A DNA stretch of 64,000 bases from Raillietiella orientalis (taxonomy: Eukaryota): contig JAYWIR010000030.1 in assembly GCA_036172245.1 (NCBI GenBank), positions 186,001 through 250,000 on the forward strand. The letters are read 5' to 3'. The translations under genes and the position numbers were made by a program. Shown here one piece after another: positions 63,027 through 64,000 of this stretch. The notes beneath the pieces are model-generated. The model did no database searches, was not told the DNA's origin, and worked only from the letters and a program-made list of their open reading frames with translations. Position 1 is the first letter of the stretch; each line of letters starts with the position of its first letter.

Positions 63027-64000
63027 TCGAATCTCTCTGGCTTGTTTGTAGCCGCATTTTGATCTGAGAGACGATTGAAGTGAGACACCATGGAAACCGC
63101 CGAAAGTAATTCCGTTTCGACAGTTGGGCCGTAAATTCGGCAATTATAGAACATGCTGACAAATAAGGCATGGGAAATATTTCCACAGATCGAAGGAGCA
63201 ACCGCTCCTTCAGCCGCTGTCCAATAGCGGACTCGACATTTTCCCTTTTCTGACACGCTTTCAGCGGAACCTTCTCTTTCTCTCTTCCTTTTTCGTCGTC
63301 TTGGAAACCTGTCCCGGCACGGGGATGGAAGGCGGCAGTGCCCTGGTAGCTGGAAGGATCTTTTCGCGTCCATCTTCTCTGCGACCGCTTTCCGTTTTTT
63401 TTTTTTTTTTTGGTTTTTTGGTTTTTTAATGGCTCCCCCCCGCGAGCAGGTAGGCCAAGAGCGGCCCATTGCATTGTTGGTCCTATTGTTTGTCGTGCAT
63501 GGATGAGCGGCCCCATCCTTTGGGCACCGAACGCCGACCACGGAGGTGTCGAACGCCGTGGAGGGAGCGTTTCCCCCGATTTTTTTTCTTTATCTTCCGC
63601 TTTATCAAGGTGCTATCACGAACCCGATAAAGACAAACCATCCAAATTGGAACCCCCAAATTTTCTGCCTCAAGATTACTTATTCAGCTTTCGATAACTA
63701 ATGCATGTTTTTCCTTTTTCCTTTGCATCTGTTTAATAATTACTGCAATCAGTATTTCGGGGAGATCTTATTCTCTTCGACAACGCGTAAACAACGTGTA
63801 GCGCCATCCTTCTTCCGTGAGACCTGTGGCCAGGAAAAGAATTCGGAGTGCGGTAGGAACCGAGGGAGCTTTTCTTTCTTTTAAGGTTGTCTGTTTATTG
63901 AACGTTAGCACGTGTAATGATGAGGAAGAGGAGAGAGAGGAAGAGGGGGGGGGGGAGAGGGAGAGAGAGAGAGAGACAAAAGAGAAGAAAGAGAAGAAAA

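Overview
Animal (probably arthropod) genomic DNA with no prokaryote-type operon or CRISPR array; most six-frame ORFs in the GC-rich part are compositional artefacts. Supported content: (1) a complete 5-exon SLC46/PCFT-family MFS transporter gene (+, 9089-11639, 456 aa) in an AT-rich, CpG-poor block, with two 46-50 nt introns; (2) a 5'-truncated, degenerate Utopia/NeSL-type non-LTR retrotransposon (-, ~31440-33575) with no visible U2 snRNA target and a possible C-terminal extension; (3) several older retroelement fossils in the first 7.5 kb; (4) two copies of a tRNA-type SINE-like repeat with an internal ~40-bp array; (5) two copies of a ~240-bp repeat, where the intronic copy lacks almost all the CpGs of the intergenic copy; (6) a 1-kb AT-rich foldback island and several simple repeats; (7) a probable first coding exon of a CrebA/CREB3L-like bZIP gene (+, 54835-54942) after a ~43-kb GC-rich interval with no recognisable host exon, with perfect CRE palindromes nearby. 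I found no clearly new multi-gene system. All homology calls are by-eye motif recognition, not database searches.
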